NCBI GenBank assembly: GCA_964472085.1
Contig: CAYYIW010000014.1
Location: 21,734 to 85,733, forward strand
Direction: 5' to 3'
DNA from: an uncultured Rikenellaceae bacterium
GTDB lineage: Bacteria > Bacteroidota > Bacteroidia > Bacteroidales > VadinHA17
Length of the DNA stretch: 64,000 bases
Shown here: positions 61,829 through 64,000 of the stretch, one piece after another
Layout: each line of letters begins with the position of its first letter
How positions within the stretch are numbered: the stretch's first letter is position 1
The notes under the pieces: generated by a model
Database searches by the model: none
Told to the model about the DNA's origin: nothing
The model's input: the letters and a program-made list of their open reading frames with translations, nothing else
Made by a program: the position numbers and the translations under genes

Positions 61829-61969
61829 TATAATAAAGAAAACTGAAAAGGAACCGGACGGATTGTTACACTATTTTTCGGAAAAGCTTCATAACCGAAC
61901 TTTAATGACATCCCGTCCGGTATTTTTATAATTTGATTGCACAGTAGTGATACAAAGATAATATAGAAT
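61829..61969 (-). ncRNA. Structured repeat unit copy 2 (candidate small RNA gene)
   Basis: The stem is ACCGGACGG (61853..61861) / CCGTCCGGT (61913..61921), 9 of 9 pairs. The minus-strand -7 box TATCTTTG lies at 61953..61960. The minus-strand tail after the stem is TCCTTTTCAGTTTTC. Confidence 0.4.
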
Positions 61970-62215
61970 GGGATTCATTATCATTTTCTTCACTATTTTA
62001 TTATATATATGTTAATTTAGACAAATTCTAAGTCCATTTGTTCTTGAATAATTGTATTATTGTCATATAGCTATAATGGGGATGGGAAATAGTAGTGAGA
62101 TAACCTCGATCTTAAATAATTGATCGGGGCTTATTAGCTTATTATTATTGATTTGGTGGATGCTTAAAATAATTTGAAGTATCTTTGAATAGACTAATTG
62201 AATTGAACCTCAGTT

Positions 62216-62351
62216 TATATTAAAAAAATTTTTATTTAAGTGCCAGATTGTTAAACTTTTGTTAATTACGTGTTTTAACGATACACTTGCGGAATTTAGA
62301 CATTATATTTGTAATGGATTTGGCACGAAATTTGAATACAAAGATATAGAG
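62216..62351 (-). ncRNA. Structured repeat unit copy 3 (candidate small RNA gene)
   Basis: The stem is GTGCCAG (62240..62246) / TTGGCAC (62320..62326). The minus-strand -7 box TATCTTTG lies at 62339..62346. A T-run follows on the minus strand. Confidence 0.35.
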
Positions 62352-62387
62352 GTTTTTTTCATAGGTTAGGTTAGTTTTAGGGTTATC

Positions 62388-62417
62388 AAAAACGTGGGGC
62401 TGGCGATCGTCAGCCCC
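62388..62417 (-). terminator. Rho-independent terminator of the rnc-side operon
   Basis: The minus strand reads GGGGCTG-acgatcgc-CAGCCCC-acg-TTTTT. The stem overlaps the stop codon of the 171-aa ORF. Confidence 0.75.
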
Positions 62418-62925
62418 TTCTTTTTTGTGCTTTCCCAGAATAATTGCGTACTCTGAGTATGTTTATATTCTTCTCCCTTGCAAAGTAATACAGTCGTTTT
62501 CGAATTAAAGCAGCCTTATGTTTTTGCAGCCAGTTAAGGTTTATAATAAAAGAAGAACCTTCTTTAAAAATAAGAATGGCTTTCTTTTGACCCGATGGCA
62601 TTACAATATCTTTTACCCGGATCCATTCAAAAGTATGTTTTTTGGGTTTCAACAAACCATACCTGAATTCAATTTTGTCATTGTCAATGGAAAAGAATAG
62701 ATCTTTTCTTTTTATTGTGGCAAATGAAGCTATAATGGCAACAACAACACTTATGCCGAAAGGTGCCGAGGAAAGGCCGGCATTAATACTTTTATGACCG
62801 AATACAAGACTGACAAGGAGAATATAAATGCCTGCAAGAAAAAACAATCCTGCAAAAGCCCATATAAGAAATTTTCTGCCTTTTGAAAATTCTTCTTCAG
62901 ACAGATTGAAGTACAGATTTTCCAT
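62410..62925 (-). CDS. Hypothetical membrane protein (two N-terminal TM helices + small soluble C-terminal domain)
   Basis: 171 aa with TM segments FLIWAFAGLFFLAGIYILLVSLVF and FGISVVVAIIASFATI. There is a basic C-terminal tail. No family recognised. Confidence 0.6.
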   Translation of the reverse strand: MENLYFNLSEEEFSKGRKFLIWAFAGLFFLAGIYILLVSLVFGHKSINAGLSSAPFGISVVVAIIASFATIKRKDLFFSIDNDKIEFRYGLLKPKKHTFEWIRVKDIVMPSGQKKAILIFKEGSSFIINLNWLQKHKAALIRKRLYYFAREKNINILRVRNYSGKAQKRRG

Positions 62926-62928
62926 AAC

Positions 62929-63369
62929 CTACTGTATTAAAAAGTGTAAATTCTTGTCTTTAAAAGTGTTAAGATCTATCTTGAAAACAGCATTTATTGA
63001 ATCAATCTCTCTCAGCTTATTTGCTATATCGTCCTGATCGTGTTCATTTTCAGGATCATATACCTGGAATATGTAATCTACGTTTTTTAGGTTTTTTAAA
63101 AGGAATTTCTTCTCGATTCTGTTTGAAACCAGGTTGAAAACAACCCCCGGAGCCATCCTGTTGTCTGTAAACCTGCTGAAAATCAATTCTTCACCTGGAA
63201 TATCCCTATCTTTCACAGGTGTTGCATTCCGGAGAGAAATGCTGAATTTCCTGTTTATAGAAAGAGAGAGTTTATAGTCCGGTTCGGTAGATACAATGCC
63301 AAGAATAATGAATTCATCTATGGTATTAAGCTTAAGCTGAACCCGTTTGATTTTCTGAGGATTCTTCAT
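62929..63369 (-). CDS. Small conserved hypothetical protein (resembles the Bacteroidota IPExxxVDY family)
   Basis: 146 aa. FIILGIVSTEPDYKLSLSINRKF and LKNLKNVDYIFQV resemble that family as I remember it. The IPE part is not conserved here. Confidence 0.45.
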   Translation of the reverse strand: MKNPQKIKRVQLKLNTIDEFIILGIVSTEPDYKLSLSINRKFSISLRNATPVKDRDIPGEELIFSRFTDNRMAPGVVFNLVSNRIEKKFLLKNLKNVDYIFQVYDPENEHDQDDIANKLREIDSINAVFKIDLNTFKDKNLHFLIQ

Positions 63370-63420
63370 ATTACAGGACTTGCCTGTTAAAGGTAATTAA
63401 AAAAAGAAACAAATCTCTTT

Positions 63421-64000
63421 TTAGTCGGAATATTCTTTTAGCCTTTCCCATGCCATGCTTGATGCTTCCTGCTCAGCCTCTTTTTTGGATGATCCCTGTC
63501 CTTCTCCCATCACCTTCTTGTCAATATAAAGTGTGGTGGAGAAAATAGATTTTTTCAGGTTAAAATCATATTCCTCGTTATATGTGAAGATAAGGTTTGA
63601 TTTATGTTTCTGCACCCATTCAAATACCATACTCTTATAATCAGTGTCGGTACTTACAATCTGTTTAAGATCGAGATATTTGTTAAGGACATGTTTCAGG
63701 AAGAACCTTTTGGTCTTTTTAAACCCCCTGTCGAGGAAGACAGAACCTATAAGAGCCTCAAAAGCATCACCATAGAGATTCCTGGTCTGGTTTGACGAAT
63801 TCACATTACTGATGAGTATTTTATTTATTCCCATCGATACGGAAAGCTGGTTGAGTACATCCCTGTTTACAATCCTTGATCTGATCTTTGTGAGGAAACC
63901 TTCATTGGCATCAGGAAATTTCACAAAGAGGTAATCTGATAAAATAGCATCTATAACGGCATCACCGAGGTATTCTAGCCTTTCATTATTGATTTTTTTC
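63421..64000 (-). CDS. rnc: Ribonuclease III (partial, N-terminus beyond window end)
   Basis: The frame stays open past the track start at 63924 up to the window edge. It encodes the NERLEYLGDAVIDAILSDYLF signature. The C-terminal dsRBD shows GEGQGSSKKEAEQEAS. Confidence 0.92.
   Translation of the reverse strand, partial: KKINNERLEYLGDAVIDAILSDYLFVKFPDANEGFLTKIRSRIVNRDVLNQLSVSMGINKILISNVNSSNQTRNLYGDAFEALIGSVFLDRGFKKTKRFFLKHVLNKYLDLKQIVSTDTDYKSMVFEWVQKHKSNLIFTYNEEYDFNLKKSIFSTTLYIDKKVMGEGQGSSKKEAEQEASSMAWERLKEYSD

Noticed and set aside
61780-61911. Small ORFs inside the repeat region as possible type I toxin peptides: a 17-aa plus-strand ORF (MITNLICSIISYISIPI, 61780..61833) and a 36-aa minus-strand ORF (61801..61911)
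   Set aside because: Neither is conserved in the other two repeat units, and the 36-aa ORF is not hydrophobic. They probably arise by chance in AT-rich DNA.
61500-62326. Interpretation of the three stem-loop units as integron attC sites or tRNA-like elements
   Set aside because: The outer stems do not match the attC R''/R' consensus (RYYYAAC/GTTRRRY). No integrase is in the window, and the cassettes would be ORF-less. There is no T-arm (GTTCRA) or cloverleaf geometry for a tRNA. The attC idea is kept only as an alternative to test with the attC covariance model.

Overview
All calls come from reading the six-frame translations and the DNA by eye; no searches were run, so family names are recognitions, not hits. 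The window looks like a chromosomal segment of a Bacteroidota bacterium. Supporting signs are a fused LpxC-FabZ gene, a T9SS-type C-terminal sorting domain, TAnnTTTG-type -7 boxes, lipoprotein-rich envelope genes and moderate GC. Most of it is core housekeeping. This includes GH13 amylase, gcvH, the rimP-nusA-infB operon, lpxD-lpxC/fabZ-lpxA, thiL, sufBCDSE plus a DUF59 gene, and queG. It also includes kdsB, a sigma-54 activator, secG, groES/groEL, lepA, a two-component pair and rnc. I saw no rRNA, tRNA or CRISPR array. Two regions stand out. (1) A seven-gene minus-strand transport locus at 8.7-24.4 kb mixes a full tripartite RND set with two ABC modules. One 1596-aa ORF covalently fuses a complete RND permease to an ABC ATPase, and that ATPase carries a ~180-aa four-helix membrane insertion. 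The locus also encodes an ABC-2 permease fused to an M1-peptidase-like ectodomain with no HEXXH. (2) A visibly AT-richer ~2.7 kb islet at 59.7-62.4 kb lies between the histidine-kinase operon and the rnc operon. It holds a 5'-truncated IS4-type transposase remnant and a split or odd-start ORF with an Rx4H (HEPN-like) motif and a C-terminal TM helix. It also has ~0.9 kb of ORF-free DNA carrying three diverged copies of a ~140-nt unit. Each copy has a GC-clamped stem with compensatory base changes, and two copies have a perfect Bacteroidota -7 box on the minus strand. I read these as candidate tandem small-RNA genes.
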